DNA of 64,000 nt from a virus (IMGVR_UViG_3300037312_000757), one strand, 5' to 3'. Numbered from the stretch's first letter, positions 33,627 through 42,688 are shown. Notes: generated by a model not told the origin, from the sequence alone. A program made the numbers and translations.

Positions 33627-34643
33627 TTATTCTGTAACCTGGTAATGACTTGTGACAATGCCCTTCTCTTCATGCCCTCTCTTGTGCTCAGTACGCCACC
33701 AGCGCACTCCGCCACACTTGAGCTTGCATTCCCAATGCAAGGGCTTCGTCTCTTCCCATTCATGCAAGCAACCGCTGAAACGCGCTTCCTTGTTATGACA
33801 GAAGTGCCCACGCACATCATGTAGTCTACGGAAAACACCCACACCTGCTATAAGTTTTCGCAAACGTGGTATTGGGTTCAGCTTGATCTTGATGACACTG
33901 TGCTTGAGCAGCGGTGCAGCACGTCTTCCTATCATGGTCTGTGCGCGCCCAACCTCTGTTGTATATATGTCCTTGCTCGCTCTATTAAGGAAGAGCAGAA
34001 TCGCAATAATGTTGCGCAGATCACCAGCTAGGCTTCCCGCCATCGCAGTGACTAGTTCTTCTTCATATTCCTTAGTGCATTGCAACTTGATTGAATGATT
34101 GCGACGAAGTGCGCGAAGACCTTCCTTATCATGTTCTTCAATTAGCTGGTTAGCCGCAGCACCCCAGAACATTTGATCAAGCCCCAAACGCGAGATATGG
34201 GCCTTGTGACAGAAATCAAGTTCCTCTTGAGGAGTCCACGGTTGAAACAAACGGTACTCGAATTGAATGCAGACTGGGTTTTCATTTGCTTCGCTCGGAT
34301 TGCCAGCTACTACTCGCGCAACGGGACCAGCAATCAGATATCCCACTCGCTCATCACTGTTACTGGCCGAAGGTTCACCAGTCACGACTTCGTATAAGAG
34401 GCGAGCATTGAACTCGATCCAAGTTTGCTTGAAGGGTGGGATTGCGAAGTCTTGAGCATCCGCAATGATGCGGGGCATTGTGCGTATGAGTTCGCCAATG
34501 TAGCGAACAGCGTCGTCATCAAGTACGAATCGGTGAGCCTGACGAATGTGATCGCACGTGGTTTGCACGAAGTGCGGCGCATCAATGCGCGTCTTCTTAG
34601 CAGTCGCGAGATAAAAGTCTGCGAGTAACGGCTGTCGCTTCAC
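33627..34643 (-). CDS. hypothetical protein, R-x-H-x-V-x-G-H family (paralog of 20627-21613)
   Basis: RLHDVRGHF..WW..EHKRG..EKGIV...YQV. Confidence 0.75.
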   Translation of the reverse strand: MKRQPLLADFYLATAKKTRIDAPHFVQTTCDHIRQAHRFVLDDDAVRYIGELIRTMPRIIADAQDFAIPPFKQTWIEFNARLLYEVVTGEPSASNSDERVGYLIAGPVARVVAGNPSEANENPVCIQFEYRLFQPWTPQEELDFCHKAHISRLGLDQMFWGAAANQLIEEHDKEGLRALRRNHSIKLQCTKEYEEELVTAMAGSLAGDLRNIIAILLFLNRASKDIYTTEVGRAQTMIGRRAAPLLKHSVIKIKLNPIPRLRKLIAGVGVFRRLHDVRGHFCHNKEARFSGCLHEWEETKPLHWECKLKCGGVRWWRTEHKRGHEEKGIVTSHYQVTE

Positions 34644-34756
34644 CGGAGACTCCGCTCATATGATTACTCATTGTAACTTCATATGAGCGGAAAGTCTAGC
34701 GTTAGATTTTAAAAAGAACATGATCTAACGTAGAATCAACATACAACTATAAGAAC

Positions 34757-35386
34757 GTGGCCAAAGCCACGCATATCATGACTAGAGAAGAAAAAAGACT
34801 ACGAGCAGTAGCCAATGCTCAAAAGAAAGCCGACGAATTGGCCGCATACCTGGCTAACCCAAAGCTTTGTCGAAACTGTAAAGTTCAGATTGATTTCAAG
34901 AAGCGCAACACAAATGAATATTGCTCAAGTAGGTGCTCTTCTGCAGTCAACAGCTCATTGCGATCAACACGTATCAAGGCAAATAAGAAATCTTTCGAAT
35001 GCATTAATTGCGGAACCTTAAAAGTATATAAGAGTGAAAAACCTGGTAGGTATTGCTCAAATACCTGCCAACATCAATACCAAGAAAAGCAGCAGTTCGC
35101 ATTAGTTGAAGCTGGTAAAGCTAGTAACTCCGGTCAAGTCAAACGATATCTGTTAGCAAAATACGGCAATATTTGTATGGACTCTGAATGCTGCTGGAAT
35201 CAATCGAAGCGCCCAGTAGTAGTTGAGCTCGAACACCAGGATGGTAATTCAGATAACAACACTCTCGAAAATTGCATCTTGTTGTGCCCAAACTGCCACA
35301 GCTTGACGCCAACATACAAGAACAAAAACATGGGAAATGGTAGAGCGTATCGCAGAGCACGATACGCAGAAGGAAAGAGCTACTGA
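34757..35386 (+). CDS. HNH endonuclease with Zn-finger repeats
   Basis: LEHQDGNSDNNTLENCILLCPNCHS; inverted relative to neighbours. Confidence 0.88.
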   Translation: MAKATHIMTREEKRLRAVANAQKKADELAAYLANPKLCRNCKVQIDFKKRNTNEYCSSRCSSAVNSSLRSTRIKANKKSFECINCGTLKVYKSEKPGRYCSNTCQHQYQEKQQFALVEAGKASNSGQVKRYLLAKYGNICMDSECCWNQSKRPVVVELEHQDGNSDNNTLENCILLCPNCHSLTPTYKNKNMGNGRAYRRARYAEGKSY

Positions 35387-35433
35387 AAATGACGATGAGC
35401 AGCCTAGGCTGCTCATCTAAATTCGCAAATCAG

Positions 35434-35518
35434 TGGTGCCGGCTGTGAGACTCGAACTCACGATGGGTTTCCCCGCCGGATTACAAATCCGGTGCAATAG
35501 CCACTATGCGAAACCGGC
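35434..35518 (-). tRNA. tRNA-Thr(TGT) with long variable arm
   Basis: Loop TTTGTAA. Confidence 0.85.
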
Positions 35519-35631
35519 TTACTTGAATACAACAGTTTGTTCGACTGGATAACAACTACTGCCCAGCTCACCAACAAACTTACTACAAATCTATTTAGCA
35601 AATCAACAACGTTCGCTAACTTAGCTTCAAA

Positions 35632-35926
35632 CAGGATGGTTTGTGCATGCAGGTTTGAAAGTTATCGTTCAGTCTACATAGCAGGTTGCCTTATCTTCAC
35701 GTGCTCATGTAATTTTCATTACACAAGGGAAGCCTTATCAACAAGCGTACACCCACTGAACTATCACGTATTCTACGTGCCTATCTTGTTTGTTCTCGTC
35801 TACAAGCTGACGCCACATTCTTCGCTGCGGACGCTATCTAGCCTAGCATGTTTTACCAGTGCGCTTTCGCACACTGCACGCGTACTAGCACAATCATTTA
35901 GATTTGATATTGCTGTACCCATCCAA
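35632..35926 (-). ncRNA. ~295-nt CAGCAA-handle RNA
   Basis: GGATGGGTACAGCAA..AACCATCCTG enclosing several hairpins. Confidence 0.7.
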
Positions 35927-35963
35927 AACGCCAACTATCCAAAAGCCAGCGCTTCGAAACTAA

Positions 35964-36139
35964 CAGGATTGTGGTCTCCCTACACTCTTTACCGGGCCAG
36001 GATCTTCCCGGAGAGCTCGTTTCTACGAGAAATAGCTGCATCTCACACCGCAGGCACTCTTTCGAGTTCGACATCTAAGTCAGCTTACGGATTATGCAGC
36101 ACGCCATAGTTGTAAAGTATGGTTGCTGTAACAATCCTA
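35964..36139 (-). ncRNA. ~175-nt CAGCAA-handle RNA
   Basis: GGATTGTTACAGCAA..CACAATCCTG; starts just after promoter 36148-36175. Confidence 0.75.
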
Positions 36140-36147
36140 AGACTGCA

Positions 36148-36267
36148 ATTCTAACAAATCTACCAAACAAGTCAATAAATTTGTTGAAACTTTTCTACTT
36201 CGGCGCTGCTTTCGCTGCGTCGTCTACATCATATGCCAATTATGCATGCCTGCTGGCAACACGTCAA
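36148..36267 (-). promoter_or_regulatory. two sigma70 promoters
   Basis: TTGACT-N16-TAGAAT and TTGACG-N17-CATAAT. Confidence 0.65.
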
Positions 36268-36370
36268 CAATTAATTTACCACTTCTGCGTTATGCTGGCT
36301 GTTTAGCTGTACGTTTTCCCGATAAATATTAAGTCACGTGATTTTTCGCGCGACATAAGGAGAAAAACAT

Positions 36371-38185
36371 ATGGCTAATGTAAAAAACTTTGGCTTGGAA
36401 GGCGTAGCTTCCTCAGTTCAACTGGGTAAGGGCGGCGCTACTCTGCAAGGTTCAGCTTCAAGCGTGGCGGTGAAGACAGCTGATGGTTCAGCTCTCGTAA
36501 ACCTGCAGGCGGCTGATCCTGTTGCAGCACAAGACGTAGTCACAAAGGGTGTTTTCGACGCTCTGAACGGCGGTACTGTTCAATTGGGTAATCCACAAGA
36601 CGGCACATTGAACGATGGCGCTGTGCAGTTGACAACTTCAACAACAGTCACTACCGCAGTTGACAAGCTGAACGAGATCCTCGGTAAGCTGGTTCCAACC
36701 GCTCCAGCCAACTTCCCTGGCGGTCAAACACTGTCACTGTCAGGCGCAGGCACAGCTCTGCTGGCTAGCGGTTCAGTTGCTGACAACACAGGCGGTGGCA
36801 CGCTTCCAGTTACAGCAGGTAGTTCAGTCACACGTGTGACAGCAGCAACAGTTTCATCAACAACCATTGGTGACAACGGTTCAACAGGCTTCGTTGGTCC
36901 AGGTGACAGTGGCACAGTTCAAGCAGTGGTTAACGGCGCAGTCGTTGACTCACAGGCAATGAGTGGTGGTGTTGCTAAGAGCACAGGTGTTCTGCGTATC
37001 AGCAATGATACAGCGTACCCAGCAGCCACACCAGGTTTCTGGTACAGCTTCCGCGCAAGCATCAGCGGTGCTTCAGCCACACAAGGCTGGAACCGTATTG
37101 CACTGAATGACACAGCATCAGGTGCAACAGCAACAAACGATGTCTACTTCGTTCGTGACAACTTGACAGCTAACCCAGTAGTTTCATCGGGCACAGTTGT
37201 TCAAGGTACAGCTGGCACACTTGCTTATTCATCAAGCGTTCCACACTATAACACAGGCGCAACACTGACAGTTGGCTTCACAGCGACAAACATCGCAGGT
37301 GAAACATACTCATCAGGTAACATCCTGTCAGTAGCAGGCTCAAACGGTATTCTGTCAACTGTTGGTTATGCTGCCGGTTCCGGTGGTTTGTCAAGCCCAG
37401 TTGCTCGCCAAACACTAAGCTTCACAGCATCAGGTCTGAGCATTCCAGTTAGCGGCACTAACGTATTCGCATCAGGTCAGATCACAGCAACAGCAACAAA
37501 CCCAAATGGTTCAGGCAACGCAACATTCGGTCCAAACATCCTGGTGATGAATGGTACAGCTTCAAGCAAACTGTATGAAATGAATGTTCCAGTTACAGTC
37601 GCAGTGAACGGTGGCCCATCCGGCAACTCAACACGTGTGACAATGAGCAACGGTGACAATCCAAGCGACGACAAGTCTTCACTGACTACCGGCGACTGGA
37701 ATTCATCATCAGCTTTGCAAGTATGGGATGCAACAGTGGTTGCAGGTGTTCTGAAGAACGACTTGACAGACTACAGCACTTATCTGCCAGCAGGTCCAAA
37801 CCTGACAACACAAAACGCAACACAGTACGTGACATTCATGTTCCGCCGTACAGCCGTGTCCAAGTTTGACATTGCAGTAACAGGTACATATGCTGGTATG
37901 TGGATTAAGGCAGTTGGTCTGACCGAACAGTACACAGCTTCAGCAAATGGTTGGTACTCAATGTCAGCATCATATGCTGGTTCAGGTTTCCCAGGCGACC
38001 AGGCAGGTGCTAACGGTTCACTGGGTTGCGCATTGGGCGGTACAGCAAGTGGCAGTGGTTCATTCACAGCCACACTGGGCACACTGAGCTCAACAAACGC
38101 GACAAACAACATCATCATGGTACGTTTCAAGCTGACAGCAGGCCAGTCAATCACTGCCCTGAGCTTTGTACCAGCTACACACTAA
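36371..38185 (+). CDS. probable virion structural protein (604 aa, G/S/T-rich)
   Basis: Beta-rich composition, GATAAATA upstream, strong AGGAG RBS. Confidence 0.7.
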   Translation: MANVKNFGLEGVASSVQLGKGGATLQGSASSVAVKTADGSALVNLQAADPVAAQDVVTKGVFDALNGGTVQLGNPQDGTLNDGAVQLTTSTTVTTAVDKLNEILGKLVPTAPANFPGGQTLSLSGAGTALLASGSVADNTGGGTLPVTAGSSVTRVTAATVSSTTIGDNGSTGFVGPGDSGTVQAVVNGAVVDSQAMSGGVAKSTGVLRISNDTAYPAATPGFWYSFRASISGASATQGWNRIALNDTASGATATNDVYFVRDNLTANPVVSSGTVVQGTAGTLAYSSSVPHYNTGATLTVGFTATNIAGETYSSGNILSVAGSNGILSTVGYAAGSGGLSSPVARQTLSFTASGLSIPVSGTNVFASGQITATATNPNGSGNATFGPNILVMNGTASSKLYEMNVPVTVAVNGGPSGNSTRVTMSNGDNPSDDKSSLTTGDWNSSSALQVWDATVVAGVLKNDLTDYSTYLPAGPNLTTQNATQYVTFMFRRTAVSKFDIAVTGTYAGMWIKAVGLTEQYTASANGWYSMSASYAGSGFPGDQAGANGSLGCALGGTASGSGSFTATLGTLSSTNATNNIIMVRFKLTAGQSITALSFVPATH

Positions 38186-38199
38186 TCGGGAGATTTTAA

Positions 38200-39222
38200 A
38201 TGGCTATTTCTGACTCAAGCAAAGTCGACCTGATGTGGAAGAAGCTGGTTTACGGCGTTTCCAAGACAGATACATCATCAGCAAAGAGCGGTTCAAATGA
38301 AACAGTGTCATCACCACTGCCAGTTTACGCTAACAGCATTTGGGCACAAGCAGGCAGCATTCCAGCAACTCCACCAGCTTCAACAACATCAGTTGTTAAG
38401 CTGCTGACAGGTGCTAATCGTGTTGCAGCCACAGAAGATACAACAGCAACACTGAACGCAACATGGAAGACAGGCCAAACAAACTGGATTCCAGCGTCAT
38501 TCGGTGCAAACTACACCGTTAAGGTGTATGTTGGCGATCCACAGACAACAGGCGTTCAGATCTTCCCAGACACAAGCGGTACCGAATACACATTCGACTA
38601 CAATGCTGGTGTTCTGAACTTCCCAAATAGCTTGCCAGCTAACATTGCAAACGGCATCTACGTCGTCGGTTACCAATACATTGGTACACTGGGTCTGACA
38701 GGTACAGGTGCTGGTGCAAAGAGTGCAGTAGTCGCTGACATCACAGCTCGTAACGCAATCACAGGTCAAGCAGTTGGTGACATTGTGTTCGTTACCGATG
38801 CTTCAGGCATCCCTACTGACGCTAACCCAGGTCAGTATGCAGTGTACATGTGGACAGGTTCCGCTTGGACTGTGATTGCAACACAAGACTCAGGCGAAGC
38901 AGACGACAAGGTTAACTCAGTTGCTTTGACATCAGCTTCAACTGGCACAATTGCTCTGAGCACAGCTCGCGCTGGTGCTACAGTGACATCAGTTCAAATC
39001 AACGTAACAACAGCATTTGACGGTGCGTTCGCAATCTCAGTTGGTACATCAGCAAACAATGCATTGCTGGTTGCATCATCAGAGAACGACATGCAAACAG
39101 CTGGTGTTTACCAATTGAACATGTCCCTGATGGTTTCTCCAACAGCAGCAACAGCAGTCAATATCTACGTGACTGGAACAGCTACGGTTGGCGCAGCAAA
39201 CGTAACGATCACTTATGCTTGA
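38200..39222 (+). CDS. probable virion structural protein (340 aa)
   Basis: Co-transcribed; FDYNAGVLNF motif; similar composition. Confidence 0.7.
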   Translation: MAISDSSKVDLMWKKLVYGVSKTDTSSAKSGSNETVSSPLPVYANSIWAQAGSIPATPPASTTSVVKLLTGANRVAATEDTTATLNATWKTGQTNWIPASFGANYTVKVYVGDPQTTGVQIFPDTSGTEYTFDYNAGVLNFPNSLPANIANGIYVVGYQYIGTLGLTGTGAGAKSAVVADITARNAITGQAVGDIVFVTDASGIPTDANPGQYAVYMWTGSAWTVIATQDSGEADDKVNSVALTSASTGTIALSTARAGATVTSVQINVTTAFDGAFAISVGTSANNALLVASSENDMQTAGVYQLNMSLMVSPTAATAVNIYVTGTATVGAANVTITYA

Positions 39223-39239
39223 TAGGTAAGTGAGTTGGC

Positions 39240-39270
39240 AAAAGGCCCCACAATGTGGGGCCTTTTCTTT
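39240..39270. terminator. bidirectional terminator
   Basis: aaaaggcccca-caatg-tggggcctttt. Confidence 0.8.
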
Positions 39271-39284
39271 GGGCTTGTGAAAGC

Positions 39285-40073
39285 TTAGATCTTGATTTCG
39301 TGCGAGCCGAACGAGATGCGCGAAACCCAGTCGATGAACTTACGGGACACGAAGATCACCTTGTCCACCAGCACAGTCAGCACGCGCGAGAAGAGCGTCG
39401 ACAGAATCGTGATCGGCCATTCGAACACAGCAGAGGCCAGGATCGTCTTGCCTTGCAACGTGCGCGGCGGAAACAGTTCGGCCATCTTCTTCGCGATCAT
39501 GGCTTGCATGTCTTCGATCATCTCGTATTGACGCAGCGTCCACGTATCGAAACTAGTGTTCACCTTGTATGCGTAACCGAAGATCGTTTGCTTGTTGCTC
39601 GTTGCGAGGTCAAGCTGCAGAACCTGGCGTACGAAGTCGTCCGTGAGATCAGTGTCAGCGAATTGCACCTTGCGTTGATCGTTCATCTGTTTCAGAATGT
39701 TTGCACGGTAGTTGGCAAATTTTTCCGAGTCCATGAGATACGGCAAAACGAGGTTTCGATAACGTGTCTTCACGTGCATACAGTAAAGCACCCAGTTCGC
39801 GAACGAAACGACCACGCCGATCAGCAAGTAGACAACAATTGGCAACAGCACAGCATGCGCAATTGCACTTGGCTGTCGAATCAGATCGAAGACCGGCACA
39901 TGAGCGAACACGCCGATCGAAACGAACATCGCGACCATGGTGACGAACGAAACGCCGTAATGCTCGTTCGAATAAACCGCGATCGATACGACCAGTAACA
40001 CGAGCGCCGCCGCAACAGCAATCCACTCAATCAGAGTGAAAGCCACCGCTCCGGCCATCAGAGCTGCAAACAT
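39285..40073 (-). CDS. multi-pass membrane protein
   Basis: Several hydrophobic segments. Confidence 0.7.
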   Translation of the reverse strand: MFAALMAGAVAFTLIEWIAVAAALVLLVVSIAVYSNEHYGVSFVTMVAMFVSIGVFAHVPVFDLIRQPSAIAHAVLLPIVVYLLIGVVVSFANWVLYCMHVKTRYRNLVLPYLMDSEKFANYRANILKQMNDQRKVQFADTDLTDDFVRQVLQLDLATSNKQTIFGYAYKVNTSFDTWTLRQYEMIEDMQAMIAKKMAELFPPRTLQGKTILASAVFEWPITILSTLFSRVLTVLVDKVIFVSRKFIDWVSRISFGSHEIKI

Positions 40074-40299
40074 GTAAGGAACCTCTTGAAATTGTTATGA
40101 AAGGAAACAGCGCTGCCATTCTGCAATGGCACGCCATTTCATTCAAGCGTTCGTTACCATCTTAAAACTGAAGCGCCAAATGCCTAGACGCCCCACATGA
40201 ATCTAGTCCATGCAGGGCGTTTTCGGCAGGTAAACAACTTCAGGAGGTGAAGTGTTAAGTGTTAGATTACACCCGTCTCAGGATGCAGTCAAGCACTTT

Positions 40300-41130
40300 T
40301 TAGAACAGGATCAGCGAAGTGCCGCATTCACTGCAGAACTTGGCTGTCGCCTTGTTCGTTCTACCGCAAGTTTCGCACTTAGGCTTGGCCTTCACCGTCA
40401 CAGGTGCTTCGACCTTCTTCCCTTCTGGGCTTTCACCCAACAGCTTGAGCGCGATGACGTGTTTCGTGCTCTCTACAGGGAACCAAGCCGCAGTCTTAAA
40501 TGATTGCGAGCTGTGGGCGCCAGGTACGGTGATACCAACTTCATTTTGCACCGCAGCTTGAGCGGTGTATGCGGTGTTCACTGCATTTGTTGCCACTGAC
40601 GCAGACGCAACTGATGCGGTTGCGTTAAGAGTGGCGCCACGCAAGATACCCTTTGTAACGGGTTCTCCAGCAGTGGTTGAAGTGGTGAAGGTAACGTCGT
40701 TACCGTAGAAAGTACCATCATACAGACCTGGTGACTTGTAGACCCAGCCATTGTTGTTCCAAGTGTTGACTTGTGGGTAAAGATATTCGAACTGATATTC
40801 GACACGGATGAACCCGTCATCAACTTTGGAACCACGGTGATTTTCAATCTCGGCAGTGCGTTCGATGAACTTAAACTTGTTACCTTCCTTCAGGTTCCCG
40901 TTCTTGATGAAACGCTCGAACTCAATCTCGCTATGAGCTTCGATTACGAGTGCGGTGCCTTCTGTTGCATCAGTACCATCAACATGAACCTTGACCTGAA
41001 CACGACGTGAGTCCATGTTTTTGATCAGAATGCTGTAGTGGGAGCCAAATGGGATGTAGCAAGTGTCCTTTACTTCGCGCAGAACTTTGCCATTCGCCTT
41101 GACGGCGACGATGAGATTTTGATTGAACAT
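40300..41130 (-). CDS. hypothetical protein with C-terminal zinc ribbon
   Basis: CETCG..KFCSECGT. Confidence 0.75.
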   Translation of the reverse strand: MFNQNLIVAVKANGKVLREVKDTCYIPFGSHYSILIKNMDSRRVQVKVHVDGTDATEGTALVIEAHSEIEFERFIKNGNLKEGNKFKFIERTAEIENHRGSKVDDGFIRVEYQFEYLYPQVNTWNNNGWVYKSPGLYDGTFYGNDVTFTTSTTAGEPVTKGILRGATLNATASVASASVATNAVNTAYTAQAAVQNEVGITVPGAHSSQSFKTAAWFPVESTKHVIALKLLGESPEGKKVEAPVTVKAKPKCETCGRTNKATAKFCSECGTSLILF

Positions 41131-41134
41131 GGTG

Positions 41135-41262
41135 TGGTTTCCTTATTGTACGGCCTACGGAGTAAAGGCCTTATGTTTTAACTCCGTTTCAGGTGTTGAG
41201 TTGTTCGTCTCAACGGTTTCAACTATAGGCTATTGCCAACCTATAGTCAAAATCTATTTAGT
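41135..41262 (-). promoter_or_regulatory. structured 5' leader with putative pseudoknot
   Basis: ACTAAATA, two hairpins, GGAGT/ACTCC pairing into loop of GGCCT/AGGCC. Confidence 0.5.
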
Positions 41263-41263
41263 A

Positions 41264-41737
41264 TCAAGCATCGACAATCGATTCAAGCATGACATCGAGG
41301 CTTTCATACATCTTGACACCGAAGCGATTACACACGATGTCCACGTTACCCTTGCGCCAAAAGCCTTCTGGGCAGCATACGTGCAGTTTTTCTGGATAAC
41401 GAGCAGCGACGATACCGAGCTCGAGCAGCGTAATGGGTGATTTTGTACCTGGTGCAAAGTACATGATGACAATGTCCGCTTTATCGATGTGATCGAGCTC
41501 CCAGTTCACCTGTGTGTTGAAGTTGGGCTCGTCAATCTCTTGACGCCATGATGAGTCCCAGTCCGAACGACGTGGATTGTAGATTACACTGGCGAAACGG
41601 TCGAGCTTGCCGATGGCATATGTTTGCCAGTCTTCGGACGCACCCATTTCGATCGTCCCCGCCAGAAACACGGATGGCGCTTCCAAGAGCGCTGGCTTGT
41701 TGAAAAAGCACGGTGGGTATTTTACGATTGCAGTCAT
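41264..41737 (-). CDS. nucleoside 2-deoxyribosyltransferase-like protein
   Basis: VFLAGTIEMG..DWQ, NPRR, QVNWEL, SPITLLELG. Confidence 0.8.
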   Translation of the reverse strand: MTAIVKYPPCFFNKPALLEAPSVFLAGTIEMGASEDWQTYAIGKLDRFASVIYNPRRSDWDSSWRQEIDEPNFNTQVNWELDHIDKADIVIMYFAPGTKSPITLLELGIVAARYPEKLHVCCPEGFWRKGNVDIVCNRFGVKMYESLDVMLESIVDA

Positions 41738-41840
41738 TTTATTTTTCTTGTTAGCAGACTGTGGAACGACTAAGGGCTCCCGTAAGGGAGCCCGTCGCCG
41801 ATGGTAACAACCTACAGGAGGAACTACATGGTAAAACCAA

Positions 41841-41973
41841 CAGGATCCCTTTACATGTCTAGCGCGTATACCAATTTCGCCACAATCCACTTTTAAGGGT
41901 GGATTAGAAGGGTTCGAACCTTCACGTCTTTCGACACCAGATTTCCGATAGTTTGTTTGCTGTACGGATCCTA
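41841..41973 (-). ncRNA. circularly permuted Leu-type tRNA mimic with CAGCAA handle
   Basis: GGATCCGTACAGCAA, variable arm + T arm, closed acceptor, GGCGAAATTGGTATACGC D arm, GGGATCCTG. Confidence 0.85.
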
Positions 41974-42014
41974 AAATCTACCACCAGTAATACTTCGCTG
42001 GTGGGAAAAACTAA

Positions 42015-42071
42015 CTGGATGCACACTTGGTTTCTTAGCAAAAGAAGAGTGTGGTTGCTGTAGGCATCCAA
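42015..42071 (-). ncRNA. minimal CAGCAA-handle RNA
   Basis: GGATGCCTACAGCAA..GTGCATCCAG. Confidence 0.8.
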
Positions 42072-42129
42072 AACCTTAAATTCTTCCAGTGTTCGTGTTT
42101 AACACAAAGAGAACACTGGCAACCTTTGC

Positions 42130-42225
42130 GTTAAGTCCCAGCTCGTTGAGCGCTGAAACACTAGGCCTTTTAACTCTCACTCGACACTAGCTTCTAACAT
42201 CTAGTGCAGACCTAACTACCTTAAC
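42130..42225 (-). ncRNA. ~95-nt stem-closed RNA
   Basis: GTTAAG/CTTAAC and TAGGTCT/AGGCCTA; promoter TTGACG-N17-TAGAAT at 42229-42257. Confidence 0.5.
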
Positions 42226-42281
42226 TCTATTCTACTGCTATGGCAACCTAACGTCAAGCATTTTGTTGCCACTTCATTTAA

Positions 42282-42414
42282 CAGGATGGGACTACTTTAA
42301 GGCCGCTGCTCTGCCAACTGAGCTAACCATGCTTACCAATTTCTTAGTAATCATAGTGCAGGACTCGAACCTGCGACCCGCGGCTTGGATTTAGTGATTG
42401 CTGAATCCATCCTA
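42282..42414 (-). ncRNA. circularly permuted Lys-type tRNA mimic with CAGCAA handle
   Basis: GGATGGATTCAGCAA, GCCGC + T arm, acceptor closed by GAAA hairpin, D arm + GCGGC, CCCATCCTG. Confidence 0.85.
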
Positions 42415-42422
42415 AAACTTGT

Positions 42423-42563
42423 GCTTTATGGGAAAGGGCTGAGGTGATCTTCAGCTTGCGGCGGCCTTATTCTCCGTGTTCCGCTGTACGACAGGATCCC
42501 TGCACATTCGCGAACAGGTTGCCCACTAGCGCATCACCATTGCGCATTCCCTTCCCATAAAGC
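42423..42563 (-). ncRNA. ~140-nt stem-closed RNA
   Basis: GCTTTATGGGAA terminal inverted repeat. Confidence 0.55.
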
Positions 42564-42569
42564 TTTTGG

Positions 42570-42688
42570 AAGGCTCACCGATTTCTTAGGTGTTCGGCGC
42601 TTGTGAGGGCTACCTCTTTATCAATCAGCACGCTGACCAATGTAAGGGTTCTTCACAGCTAAGTTCACCCATCTCGTCGGTGAGTCTT
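42570..42688 (-). ncRNA. ~120-nt stem-closed RNA
   Basis: AAGACTCACCGA/TCGGTGAGCCTT; promoter TTGACT-N17-TATGCT at 42711-42739. Confidence 0.55.

Noticed and set aside
40252-40503. Plus-strand 83-aa ORF with AGGAGGTGA upstream
   Set aside because: It is mostly antisense to a conserved gene and has no recognisable features; the SD-like sequence is better explained as the hairpin noted on the minus strand.
24884-42414. CRISPR array interpretation of the CAGCAA repeats
   Set aside because: The copies are dispersed, vary in stem sequence, have no regular spacers, and no cas genes are present.
41841-42414. Permuted elements as splicing precursors of functional Leu/Lys tRNAs
   Set aside because: Joining the halves gave no anticodon loop matching the body, and the acceptors are sealed without CCA. 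Not fully excluded without RNA data.
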